A stretch of DNA of 64,000 nucleotides, from the NCBI GenBank assembly GCA_964016885.1, contig OZ024741.1, positions 234,174,001 through 234,238,000 on the forward strand, read 5' to 3'. The stretch comes from Eledone cirrhosa (taxonomy: Eukaryota). Each line of letters opens with the position of its first letter. Within the stretch, counting starts at the first letter, position 1. The notes under the pieces were generated by a model. The model ran no database searches, had not been told where the DNA came from, and worked only from the letters and a program-made list of their open reading frames with translations. Of the stretch, positions 1 through 12,711 are shown one piece after another. The translations under genes and the position numbers were made by a program.

Positions 1-148
1 ACCCAGTGCATTGCTGGTACTTTATTTTATCGACCCCGTAAGGATGAAAGGCAAAGTCAACCTCGGCGGGATTTGAACTCAGATCGTAAAGGGACGTAAC
101 TATGCTGGAAAGCATGGCGTCCGACCCTCTACCGATACTGCCAATCCA
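1..148 (-). mobile_element. tRNA-derived SINE family A, copy 1 (runs off window edge)
   Basis: Reverse complement of the family A unit: A-box-like TGGCAGTATCGGT, B-box GAGTTCAAATCCC, central GCCTTTCATCCTTACGGGGTCGATAAAATAAAGTACCAG. Confidence 0.85.
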
Positions 149-494
149 CATAGAATAATGTACAAATGTCAGGAAAATGAACAGTGTTTGAGTATGATAT
201 ACATGTGCGTGTGTATAGAAGAGGGATATCAGGAAGCATGAATGTTTTAAAGGATGTAGTGTCTCGACAACTGATGCAGGTAGTTTGTTCCATGCTTCAA
301 CAACTGAAAAAATGTTTCCGAAATCATGGGAGCTGTGCTGTTTTCTGACTTTATATATATATATATATACACACACATACACAACCCTTATCGGGTCATA
401 ATATTTTAGAAATAGCTACCTACACTCCGGGGATGACCGAGAAGCAAATTAATTGACCACCGATTATCTATAATATATTGTGATATGAAAATAT

Positions 495-1040
495 GGAATA
501 TAATTGGAGCCAGAGGCATTGTGGCCAAATCTGCCTGCAATCTCATGAAACAACTTTCAGTCTCTGGGAAAAACAGAACCAAAGCCCTTGAAGCAGCCGG
601 AAGGGGTTCCAGCTGGTTCTAGTCAAGGAAAAGCAAAAGCGACCTTCCATACCTTTTGCGGCCATCGTGTTTGTATTTTAACGTACGCTAAGGGAAGTAA
701 CTCTGAGTAAGTCATGGTTGTAGTGTTGGCGGTGTTACTGTTGACGTCTCACCGCCACCATGAATACTATTTGTATGTTATTTTTCTAAACTCAAGAAAG
801 CAGAGGTAACGGAGGGAAGTTCCAGCTAGATCCTGTCAACAAAATCTCCGTACGGTTTAGATATACAACGAGTCTCCGTTATCCGAATGGCTAAATGTCA
901 GCAGCACACCCCGAGAATCATGACCTAGATACGGCCGGCCCCCTTAGAGTGTAAACAGTTATGGGCCGAAACACATGCTTAAGGAGGCTTTCTTTCTCTG
1001 AAGACCTGTTGTCCAGCCCTCCTGAGAATTTCTTACCACT
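495..1040 (+). mobile_element. decayed 3' ends of RLE-type (Hero/NeSL-like) non-LTR retrotransposon
   Basis: Frame reads IGARGIVAKS...EAAGRGSSWF*SR, like the Hero C-terminus (EVGxRG...AAExxSxWLW). The tail TTCTCTGAAGxCCTGxTGxxCAGCxCTCCxGAGAxTTTCTTACCACT recurs at 3993-4040. Confidence 0.45.
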
Positions 1041-1307
1041 ATTTCGTAATTAATCACACTTATGGAGCTACTATTTGAGAACACATGAGAAAATTAGGTT
1101 GATTTTACTGTAAATACACCTTTTTATAGGTACACATGTACCTGTACATAGGTTTTTGATTTGTTTAATCACTGTTTGATTGTAACAAAAACATTTGTCT
1201 GAATAGTTATATTGACACAAAGCCAAAAGTTAAAAAGAAGTTAGAATTAACCTAACTTAGAAAGTTTATTAACATATTTGTTGGTAGCTTAAATTTGATT
1301 TTTTTTA

Positions 1308-1668
1308 TTGGCAGTATCGGTGGAGGGTCGAACGCCATGCTTTGAAGCATAAAGTTACCTCCCCTTATGATCTGAGTTCAAATCCCCCCGAGGTTAACTT
1401 TGCCTTTCATCCTTACAGGGTCGATAAAATAAAGTATCAGTAATACACTGGAATAATTGTGGCCTTGTGCCAAAAGTAGAAACAATTATTACTGGAAATT
1501 GGTAGAGCATCAGACACCATGCTTTGCAGCATAGGGTTATGGCCCTTTACGTTCTGAGTTCAAATCCCGCCGAGGTTAACTTTGCCTTTCATCCTTATGG
1601 GGGGGGGGGTCGATAATATAAAGCATCAGTAATTGCTGGCCTTGTGCCAAACGTTGAAAATTATTACT
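1308..1668 (+). mobile_element. SINE family A, two head-to-tail copies (1308-1490, 1491-1668)
   Basis: Two consecutive units, each with B-box GAGTTCAAATCCC, the GCCTTTCATCC..GGTCGAT core and a GGCCTTGTGCCAAA..ATTATT tail. Confidence 0.85.
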
Positions 1669-1989
1669 GAAAAATTTAAATTATTTACACTAAACACGTA
1701 CTTGGAATCTTTATAATATTAAAATTAATTCCTTTTTAAAAGATCAATTAAACATAAATCCTTTCAGGAAAGTCTCTTTTCTTTGACGCCCTTCAACCTA
1801 CAGGGAGCTTTCAGGGCAGTAGTTCCAAGTAATTTTGAGTTGTGTTACTCAGAGCACGAGGAACACAGTTATATTACACTAGTGAGCTTAGTGTGTCCGA
1901 GGAAATTGTTGCTTACATATTTCTACATATTCACTCCAATGTATTTTTCTCACCCAGAGTTATCTTGCGCCAGCATACATGCTTAATAA

Positions 1990-2120
1990 TAATAATTGTT
2001 TCTACTTTAGGCACAAGGCCAGGGCATTACTGGTACTTTATTTTATCGACCCCGTAAGGATGAAAGCCAAAGTCAACCTCGACGGGATTTGAACTCAGAT
2101 CGTAAAGGGACGTAACTATA
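1990..2120 (-). mobile_element. SINE family A, 5'-truncated copy
   Basis: Reverse complement of the family A core and (ATT)n tail. Confidence 0.85.
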
Positions 2121-2438
2121 TAATAAAACAATAATGGCTGATTGAGGGATAAAAGCTGATTGGCGCAATCCTACGAAGGTGGAGCCTCTACAGACTACTA
2201 AACCTGTTAGAAATAACAGCCAAATCGCACCCTTAAAGAAATACTAAATAATATAATCCTAAATGCACCCTTAAAAGAGAATAGAGTCATTGGTTACTAT
2301 TTTTAATAGGTTTGGTGACCTAGTAGAGGTGCCACCTTCAAATGAAAACAAAATGTATTAAACTGAACTAGTTGCAGATTTTTTCCATCTACATGATCAG
2401 TCGATCTATGAGAAACAGCAACCAAAGATATGTATATA

Positions 2439-2748
2439 CAGTGTACCCCGGCATTCGTGGTCCCAGTTATTCACAGAATTTTCCTTAGAACCCGACTAAT
2501 AATTGTTCGTGGAAACCACTACATATTCGCGGAATCGTAAATATCTTCCGCGATTTTTTTCATGGCAGTATATATATTTTTTTAACGCTAAATTATTAAT
2601 AACAATAGACCATATTGGCCGTCTGTTTGCATCAGATGCTCCCTTTTTTTATTGTATTTTATGTTATATTTTGACGTTTATAGGCTTATTTATGGACCAC
2701 GTCCAATATTCACAGTTTTTCACTCTTCGCAAATACCGGGGACAATTG
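2439..2748. mobile_element. pogo/Tigger-like MITE (second copy at 31791-32118)
   Basis: TIRs CAGTGTACCCCGGCATTCG...AATACCGGGGACAATTG with TA flanks. Internal sequence is shared with 31791-32118. Confidence 0.75.
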
Positions 2749-2902
2749 TATATATATATATGTGTGTATATATACACACACACACAGATTTATGAATGGA
2801 AACATCCACATAGTTTTGAGAAGATTGGAAGCTATTATAATTATTAATCAAGCAGATCAAATAAACCCAAAGTAAGATTCAAAATATTGAAAGATAAGCA
2901 AC

Positions 2903-3258
2903 ATAAATATGTAATGAGAGGAAAAGGAAAGTTTGTAGGGATCAAAACGTTTTTTATTCTATGTACGTTTCATTAACGAAAATGTAATCGCTAATTTCTA
3001 TTAATTAATTAATAACATTCTTCTTCTTAGCGTAATTACTTAATATCTTATACTGTTCCAACTACTTAACATGTTTAAGAATGAATACTTCTCATAATAT
3101 AATTTTTATTTTCCACTCTAAGGAACATTTTTACTCATTTATATATTTTTTTATAAATGAGATTGATAAATTATATTTTTTTTTGCTAAATAAACGTACG
3201 TAGAGTAAAAAATGTTTTGATCCTTGCAAACTCTTTGGTTTTCCTTTCAATACATTTA
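2903..3258. repeat. fold-back element with ~80-bp imperfect inverted arms
   Basis: 2903-2985 (GAAAGTTTGTAGGGATCAAAACGTTTTTTATTCTATGTACGTTT) mirrors 3175-3258 (AAACGTACGTAGAGTAAAAAATGTTTTGATCCTTGCAAAC). Confidence 0.7.
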
Positions 3259-3328
3259 TATATATATATATATATATAACAAACATAAAGATGCTGATGT
3301 TACATAAATCGTTTAATCATTATAATTA

Positions 3329-3406
3329 TTTCAACGTTTCTCCCATGCAATCAAGAAGTCTTTCATGCATTTGTTGTAGTTATGAGAATGGTATCCTCAG
3401 ATGAAA
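3329..3406 (-). ncRNA. minimal type-I hammerhead ribozyme-like motif
   Basis: Minus strand reads TTTCAT-CTGAGGA-TACCAT...ATGGGA-GAAA-CGTT-GAAA. Confidence 0.5.
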
Positions 3407-3591
3407 TCCGATTTAGTGACATGCTGTTGGTAGGGAAAAAAAACACACGTTCTTCTGCTCGTGCGTCCAGCAGGCATACGAGTTCCTGAAAGGGTCTCCC
3501 ATCCGTCGTGTTTACTGGAGTAAGGTGCTATCCATGTATTGGGTATATACTTAATTTTCTCCTTGTAACCTGCATTATTTAGGGCATTATT

Positions 3592-3780
3592 GTGGATTGG
3601 CTGTATCGGTAGAGGGTCGGACGCCATGCTTTCCAGCATAGTTACGTTCCTTTATGATCTGAGTTCAAATCCCGCCGAGGTTAACTTTGCCTTTCATCCT
3701 TACGGGGTCGATATAATAAAGTACCAGTAATGTACTGGGTAATTGCTGGCCTTGTGCCAAAAGTAGAAACAATTATTATA
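3592..3780 (+). mobile_element. SINE family A, full-length copy
   Basis: TGGCTGTATCGGTAGAGGGTCGGACGCC head, GAGTTCAAATCCC B-box, core and ATTATT tail. Confidence 0.88.
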
Positions 3781-4199
3781 ATAGCTAGCTACATTGTTGA
3801 AGGTTTCTTGGTTAGCTGACAGATGGTATCCTACGAGATATGCTATGCACTATGGCCCTCTTGACTGACCCGGGATGGTTGGAATTAGCATTTACGTACT
3901 TGAGGCACTTATTCGGCTTGTGGTACGGGTAGTAGAGGCCGGATTCTAGATATATATATAAGGGGTGAAACACTCGCTTAGGTGGAGGGGTTCTTCTCTG
4001 AAGGCCTGCTGTTCAGCTCTCCCGAGAGTTTCTTACCACTATATACATATATATATATATCAGGATTTAACCAGTTTTAAACTTGTAAGACCATTATTCA
4101 GCAGATTACTCATTACTTGGGATAGTGGCCATTTCGACAGCTAATTTTCTGCTCGAAAAAAATGACACAGGTGGAAAAAAGATAATTTGAATGACACAC

Positions 4200-5067
4200 T
4201 GCGCAGGCTTTGCTCTTCCTCTCCACCACATCATCCTATTTGTTCTCAATCTTTGCTCCCAGATACAAGAAGCCCTCAAGCTGCTCTAGCGGCTTCCCCC
4301 TTCATTCAATCTTCTCTGGCTCCTTGATGTTCTACAGTCTCCATTTCTCACATCAACTCCTTTGCCTCCTTCAGAGTGTTTGTCACCAGAGCTATGTTGT
4401 CGGCATCTTTTTAGCCTTAACTCTCCTGCTCTGAGTCAGTATTACAGTAAAGGCAGAGTCCTGGTGTTTCTCCAGTGTAAGGCACATACAATAGTCTACT
4501 GCAATGATGAAAGGGTAGGGAGCCAATGTATAGGCCCATGGAGAAGATGGAGGGGCATCAGAGGTGATGAAGGGCTGTGATTTTGATATCATCCTGGAGT
4601 TCAGTAACCAGGAACTGGAGGAAGGAGTTGCCCCAGATCAGTGACATCATCCCAGTACCAAAGATGGCAGATCTCTCTAATACCAACAACTACACTGGTA
4701 TCCCACTCACATCACTTATGGCAAAGACCCTCAACAGGATGATTCTGAACAAGATCCAGCCCAAGATGGAAAAGAAGCTGAGGGACAACCAGAGCGGCTT
4801 CAGAGAGGGAAGATCAAACACCGGTTACATCCTGATGTTGAGGAGAATTTTAGAGGGAGCTAGAGCAAAGAGCCTTCCTGCTGTCATGGTTTTCATTGAG
4901 TTCAGGAAGGCTTTCGATTCTGTGGACTGAGCCTGAAGATCTTACAGATTTATGGAATCCCCAAGCTAGTGGACCTGATATTACTGCTCTACACTTACAC
5001 CAGAGCCCAAGTCATTACACCTGACGGGATGATGGATTTCTTTGAGATACTGGCTGGAGTGCTGTTT
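4200..5067. mobile_element. RTE-clade LINE RT fragment with internal inversion
   Basis: Plus 4577-5067 reads IIPVPK..NYTGIPLTS, QSGFREGRS, EFRKAFDSVD, FEILAGVL. Minus 4440-4200 reads ADNIAL..., LEQLEGFLYLG. Confidence 0.75.
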
Positions 5068-5097
5068 GATATATATATGTTTGTATACCACATTATA

Positions 5098-5176
5098 CAG
5101 GGTGTATAAATAGTCACTATCTATTTTGAATAGCAATAATTGCACTAAAATAGATAGTAACTTTTGAGACACCCTG
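5098..5176. mobile_element. Tc1/mariner-type mini-MITE
   Basis: TA-CAGGGTGT...ACACCCTG-TA with an internal palindrome (ACTATCTATTTT/AAAATAGATAGT). Confidence 0.75.
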
Positions 5177-5185
5177 TATAAACAA

Positions 5186-5530
5186 GGGCAGGTATGGCTG
5201 AGTGGTTAAAGATTTCACTCTGCAACCAAATGATTTTGAGTTCAGTCCTACTGTGCAGCACCTTGAGCAGGTAATTTCTAATATAGCCTTGGACTGACCA
5301 ATACCTTGTAAAGGTAATTTGGTAGATGGAGAAGTTTGCCATATATATATATACTGTATATATATTTATGTATAGTGATTTAGCGGTTGTTATAAAAATA
5401 GATCGATGAAATAAGTACCAAACTTCAAAAACTAAGTACTAGAGTCTATATGATCAACTTACTACCTTTAAGCTTTTAACCCAGCACATGGCCCTAATCC
5501 AATGACTGCAACCAATAAAAAAAGAATAAT
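5186..5530 (+). mobile_element. tRNA-derived SINE family C (related minus-strand copy at 63060-63205)
   Basis: A-box TGGCTGAGTGG, B-box-like GAGTTCAGTCC, ACCTTGAGCAGG core. Tail CCAGCACATGGCC..ATGACTGCAACCAATAAAA. Confidence 0.7.
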
Positions 5531-6732
5531 ACATATTGCAAGATCACATTTCAATGAGATGGACATAGTTGCCTCCCTTTGATTGTACATCATATTTAAT
5601 TTGGGATTGCGTGTGTGAATATTTAAACGTCCGTACATGATAAACTAAGAGAGGTATCTAATACCCCCTATAAATTAAGAAACAAAGGCAAAAGAGAGGC
5701 AGGGATAGACAAAAGAAAAAAAGAGGGAAAAGGAAAATACTTGAAAATCAAGAACAGCTAAATGTTTTTGTTGTTTAATATTTGCAAGCACAAGATCTTG
5801 ATTATAGTTGGTAGATCCTTGACAATATATTACACCTCTAATCCTGGTAAATTTTTAAAGACCAGTTTCAAGATGTCGTACCCCCATATTGGTAAATTTT
5901 ACATAGTAATAAATAATGGCATAACATTTCTGGATAGTCTCCACAAAAACAGGTGATTCTATATAACCTGTTTTTGACAAAATATAGTTTAAGGTATATG
6001 GCCTGCTCAAAGGTGACATAGTCTTTGTCTATCAATCTTTTTTAAATGCTGACAGATCTGCCTGAGATAATGGAGGATTGAAATTTGATAGCTTATCTCT
6101 AGATTCTTCCCAAAATGTTCACACCATTAACTAACTGTTTTTACTGATTGATTCGAAATGTATGTCTATTTTTCCTTTGCGTACCCTCTTTTCCTAATAT
6201 ATCTATGCTCTTGTATCCAAATCAGTTATTTGTTTATTTTCTGATAAATAATTATCTATTTTTAGGACACCCTCAACATCTCCAACCAGCCCTTTTTTCT
6301 TGATTGACACAGTTCTAGGTTCGATAAACTATCAGTAAATGGAAAACCTTTTTAACATTATTCCCCACCACTCTGTATCAAATGTCAAATCTTGGTGAAA
6401 TCTGAAGCTCATATATATATTATTATTTTGAAAAGCCCAAGTAACCTCATTGTTTGAATGTGCCTCATTTGTTTTTAGACTGACCCAGTTTTTAGATTGT
6501 GTAATATTAAGATGTTCTTTTTCTTCATTTTTGATCTTTCTTATTGTATATATCAGAGGTCAAGTGTCTCTGAAACTGCTACACAGAGTAGTGTCTGAGG
6601 TGGACAATCATCTGCTGGTCTATTACATAACTACTATGATTAACATGCAGTTGTAACTGATGTGATCAGGCTATAGTACAGAAATTATCGATTGTCCAGG
6701 TTTATATGATATACAACTATCATTACCCACAC

Positions 6733-7000
6733 GTTTCCTTGAGCAAGACACTTTATTTCACATTGCTCCAGTTTACTCAGCTGTAGAAATGAGATGATAG
6801 GGACTGGGGTCCCTATCATTCCACTGCAAAGTGGACGTGTAGGCGCCACGGCAAAAAAGCACCCAGCACTCACTGTAAATGAGGTTTGTGTTAGGACGGG
6901 CATCCAGCTGTAGAAATCAAGCCAGAATCAGTTCCTGTCCCACCCTTGCAAGCAGGGAAAAGCGGACGTAAAATGAAATGATGATGATGAAATGATGACA
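6733..7000 (+). mobile_element. SINE family B (CCTTGAGCAAGACAC core, RTE-like tail, (ATG)n end)
   Basis: A near-identical inverted copy lies at 11428-11735. Ends GGACGTAAAATGAAATGATGATG. Confidence 0.85.
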
Positions 7001-7015
7001 TTGATGTTTCCTTAC

Positions 7016-7135
7016 GTAATAATGTATAGTGTGCACTCTAAGTAATAAGTTTGTATTTTCTTATATACAAATCTTATACCATTGGGTAAAGAATGGCTAA
7101 GGCTGCATGGATTCTCTTCAGCTAGCTTCATAAAC
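7016..7135 (-). other. candidate spliced exon (120 nt)
   Basis: Minus strand has acceptor CCTTCTTTTCAG|G at 7136 and donor TAC|GTAAGG at 7015. Confidence 0.4.
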
Positions 7136-7415
7136 CTGAAAAGAAGGTGGAAGACACAGAATATACAGTTATTAACATTACATGCGTTCTCTGTTCTCTC
7201 CTTCATGTACACTCTCTCTGCTCATTCTGTCTTTCTACATAGGACTAACATCCAAATGAACAATTTTAATTTTTTTAATATTAATGTTTGCATTTTCTGT
7301 CTCTTCCCACTTCTCTTTTTCCCCATGCCACATCTCTGATACACTTTTCCTATCCAACTCATGCACACATGTAAAGCTGGACATGTTCCACAATATACTG
7401 CCAAGTGAAACTTAC

Positions 7416-7695
7416 TCTCTTCAAGGTCACTCCAATGACACATTGATTGCTCTCCCACTGTGGGATGCCTCCATCCTCCACCAGGAAGCGACATGTAGCC
7501 TGTGGTTTGCTCTATCATCATTGCCTCCCCAGTGGGCCAAGAACATCCAGATGTTGTAATGAGGTAGCACTGGTGACATGATAAAACACATCCAGTCCAC
7601 TCTGCAAGGTGGTTGTACTGGTGCCATAATAAAATGCACCAAGTCCCCCAGTGAGGTGGTAGTGCTGGTACTATGAAAAAAGCATAAAGTTCACT
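7416..7695 (-). other. candidate spliced exon (280 nt), one open frame, no recognisable domain
   Basis: Minus strand has acceptor ATCTTCTTTCAG|A at 7696 and donor AGA|GTAAGT at 7415. Unique, non-repetitive sequence. Confidence 0.45.
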
Positions 7696-8349
7696 CTGAA
7701 AGAAGATGGTTTTACTGAAACACTTTACAAGAACATTAAAATTAATCAAGATTTTTAATAAGACATTACAAATGGCATTCTTTGCATATCTGATTATGGA
7801 CAAGTGTATGGCTGGTTCGATAAATGAGTTTGTGTGTATGTGTACAAACAGCTATGTGTAGATGTGTGTCTGTATTGATCAGTTTGATAAATTGATGATG
7901 ATTGTAAAATAGTGTGATCAATAAAATTTTACCAGAGATGAAACAGTTAGTAGATAGATGTATGGTTTGTAGACTGTATAGTGTGTATATAGAAATATGG
8001 CAGTGTGAAGTACCACTGCATAGTGTCACTGTATAGAGTATGTATCATCATCATTTAATGTCCATCTTCCACGCTAGCATGGGTTAGACGGTTTCGTTCC
8101 ATTTGATGCGGGATTGGTTGGGAGACCATGTCTCACTCGTATGGAAGTGTATATATAGAGGTATTGTGTAAGATACAATTGTATAGAGTATATACAGTAA
8201 AAGCAAGGAAGATGCAGTTGTAATTTTCATGTAATGTTCTCAATTAAAAACTTAACGAATGCAATTGGTATTTTTGAGCTGATTTTAAGGTTATCTGAAA
8301 GATAGTTGTCAAATGTTTGGGCAGAGGCACAATTTTACTGTTTGCACCA

Positions 8350-9415
8350 GAGGCACTATTTTACCTAGCTACAGCTCTGGTATGTATAGAGGTACGGTGT
8401 GAAATACCACTGTAGAGAATATCCATATATAGAGTGATAATGGTGTGAAGTACCACTGTATAGAGAGTGAGATATCACACGATACAGTGTGTATATATAA
8501 TGGTATGGTGTGAAATAACATTGTGTAGAATGAGAGTGATAAAGATGTGAGAGGTGTATATAGAGAGAAGTATAGTGTAAGATATTGTATAGAGTGTGTA
8601 TATATAGAAGTTCAATATGGGAGTACAACAGCATAGTGAGTCTATATGTAGTGATAGAGTGAGATACAGCTGCATACAGTGTCTATATATAGAGTGCTAA
8701 CAGCATGATATACCACTGTGTGAAGTATGTATATATAAAGTGATAGAATAAGATACCACAGTATGAAGTGTCTATGCAAAGAGTGATAGTGGTAGATACC
8801 ATTGTGTGTGTGTGTATCATCATCGTTATATATATATATATATATATATAAAGAGAGAGAGAAAGGTATAGTGTGAGATACCAGTTTAGTGTGTGTATAG
8901 AGGAATAGTGTGAGTTATGCCTGATATATATTGTATAGAGAGAAAGATACCATATTAGACTGTGTAGAGAATGGTACGGTGTTAGACTGTGTGTAGAGAA
9001 TTGCATCGTGTTAGATTGTAGAGTGGCATCGTGTTAGATTGTAGAGTGGCATCGTGTTAGATTGTAGAGTGGTACCATGTTAGACTGTGTATAGAGAATG
9101 GTACGGTGTTAGACTGTGTGTAGAGAATTGCATTGTGTTAGATTGTAGAGAGTGGTACCATATTAGACTGTGTAGAGAATGGTACGGTGTTTGACTGTGT
9201 GTAGAGAATTGCATTGTGTTAGATTGTAGAGAATGGTACCATGTTAGACTGTGTAGAGAATGGTATGATGTTAGACTGTGTGTAGAGAATGGTATGATGT
9301 TAGACTGTGTGTAGAGAATGGTATGATGTTAGACTGTGTGTAGAGAATGGTAGGGTGTTAGACTGTGTGTAGAGAATGGTACGGTGTTAGACTGTGTGTA
9401 GAGAATGGTATCATG
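8350..9415. repeat. minisatellite, ~29-bp unit GTTAGACTGTGTGTAGAGAATGGTA(TGAT/CGGT)
   Basis: Homogeneous tandem units at 8940-9415; degenerate older units at 8350-8940. Confidence 0.85.
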
Positions 9416-10276
9416 CTGAATTGTGTCAGTATGTAGAAAGCGAGTGAGATGGTGTATTTATGTTACACTTTAGATAACATATTGATAGAATGTATGTGAG
9501 AATGAGTGCTTATGTGTTAAGTATAATTTACAGCTGTGGCTTTAATCAGTAATAGAGACTGAAATATTTAGAAATACTGTATATGTTTGATGGAAGACAA
9601 TATATTACATCGTTATATAGCTATATATATATATATATATATGTGTTGTAATATCGTTATATGTATGTGTTATAATATCGTAATATAGTTATATGGATTT
9701 GTTATAATATCGTTATATAGCTATATGTATGTGTTAGCATTAATATCTTATGTATCAGTATAAAAGTGTTTGTGAATATTGTATATATATATATATATAT
9801 ATTGTATATATATACATATATATATACACATACATATACACATACATATATAAATGCACATATATATACATACATATATATATGCACATATATATACATA
9901 CATATATATATGCACATATATATACACATACATATGAACATATATATACACATACATATATATACACATATATATATGCACATATATATACACATATATA
10001 TACACATACATATATATATACATACATATACACATACATATATATATATGCACATATATACATACATATATATATATATGCAATATATATATACATACAT
10101 ATATATATACACACATACATATATACACATATATACACACACACACACACATATACATATATATATGCACATATATATACATACATATATACACACATAT
10201 ATATACACACACACATATATATATATATACACACATATAGATATACACACACACATATATACTTAATTGTAAATAC

Positions 10277-10308
<32 letters not shown>

Positions 10309-10492
10309 GTATTTATATATAAGTATATATATATATACATATGTGTGTGTGTGTGTATATGTATATCATCATATATATATACATATATATATACACACAT
10401 GTATATATACTTATATATATATATATACATACATACATATATGTATACACATGTATATATAAATATATATATATATATATATACATATATAT

Positions 10493-10527
<35 letters not shown>

Positions 10528-11427
10528 CTTACATATATAAATATACATACATATATAAATATACATACATATATAAATTATTATACACATATATATATAC
10601 ATACATATATATATATATTTAAATATATATATATATATATACTTACATATATAAATATACTTACATATATAAATATACATACATATATAAATTATTATAC
10701 ACATATATATATATTACATATACCCTATTCACTTCCCTGACATGTGTATATTATTCTATGTACTATACATGCACCTTTGACGAGTTGTAGTGCACCTGAG
10801 CACTGTACACAATAATTTCATTATTATTATTATTATATATATATACTTACATATATATACATATACACTTACATATATATACATATATATACATACTTAC
10901 ATATATATACATATATATATATACTTACATATATATACATACTTACATATATATACATATATATATATACTTACATACATATACTTATATATATATATAC
11001 TTACATATATATATATACTTACATATATATATATACTTACATATATATACATATATATATATACTTACATATATATACATATATATATATACTTACATAC
11101 ATATACTTACATAATACTTACATATATATACATACCTATAAATATACTTATCTATATAGATACATATATATATATACATATATATATATACATACATATA
11201 TATATACTTATATATATATATACTTATATATACTTATATATATATACTTATATATATATATACATATATATATATACATATATATATATACATATATATA
11301 TATATACTTATATATATATATACTTATATATATATATACTTATATATATATATACATATATATATATACATATATATATATACATATATATATACTTATA
11401 TATATATATCCATATATATATACTTAT

Positions 11428-11735
11428 TCATTTCATTTCATTTCATTTTACGTCCGCTTTTTCCCTGCTTGCAAGGGTGGGACGGGAACTGATTCTGGCT
11501 TGATTTCTACAGCTGGATGCCCTTCCTAACACCAACCTCATTTACAGTGAGTGCTGGGTGCTTTTTTGCCGTGGAACCTACACGACCACTTTGCAGTGGA
11601 ATGATATGGACCCCAGTCCCTATCATCTCATTTCTACAGCTGAGTAAACTGAAGCAATGTGAAATAAAGTGTCTTGCTCAAGGAAACAACACATTTCGAT
11701 TGCAAGCCCAATGCTCTAACCACTAAGCCATGTGC
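11428..11735 (-). mobile_element. SINE family B, copy with tRNA head
   Basis: Minus head GGCACATGGCTTAGTGGTTAGAGCATTGG. The body is the reverse complement of 6733-7000. Confidence 0.85.
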
Positions 11736-11783
11736 CTCCATTATATATATATATATACTTATATATATGCATATATATATATA

Positions 11784-11839
<56 letters not shown>

Positions 11840-11844
11840 CATAC

Positions 11845-11893
<49 letters not shown>

Positions 11894-11898
11894 CATAC

Positions 11899-11967
<69 letters not shown>

Positions 11968-11983
11968 CATACATATATATATA

Positions 11984-12049
<66 letters not shown>

Positions 12050-12177
12050 CATACATATATATATACATACATATATATATACATACATATATATATACAT
12101 ACATATATATATATACATATATATATACATACATACATATACATACATATATATATATACATATATATATACATACA

Positions 12178-12218
<41 letters not shown>

Positions 12219-12561
12219 ACATATATATATATACATATATATATATACATATATATACATATATATATACACATATATATACATATATATATACATATAT
12301 ATATATACATATATATATACATATATATATACATATACATATATATATACTTATATATACATATACATATATATATATATACATATATATATAAGTATAT
12401 ATATATATATGTATATATATATAAGTATATATATATAAGTATATATATATATATATATATACTTATATATATATACATGCATATATATATATACATATGT
12501 ATATATACATACATATATATATACTTATATATATATACTTATATATATATATATATATACT

Positions 12562-12611
<50 letters not shown>

Positions 12612-12711
12612 CACATGCATATATATATATACATATATACATATATATATATATACATGCATATATATATATATACTTATATATATATATACATACATAT
12701 ATACTTATATA

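Noticed and set aside
1308-1400. tRNA genes at SINE heads (A/B boxes)
   Set aside because: No cloverleaf closure, and always fused to the same core and tail, so these are SINEs.
5740-6420. Possible decayed L1-type fragment (also an RTE-like trace at 28340-29100)
   Set aside because: Motifs are too degraded to support a call by eye.
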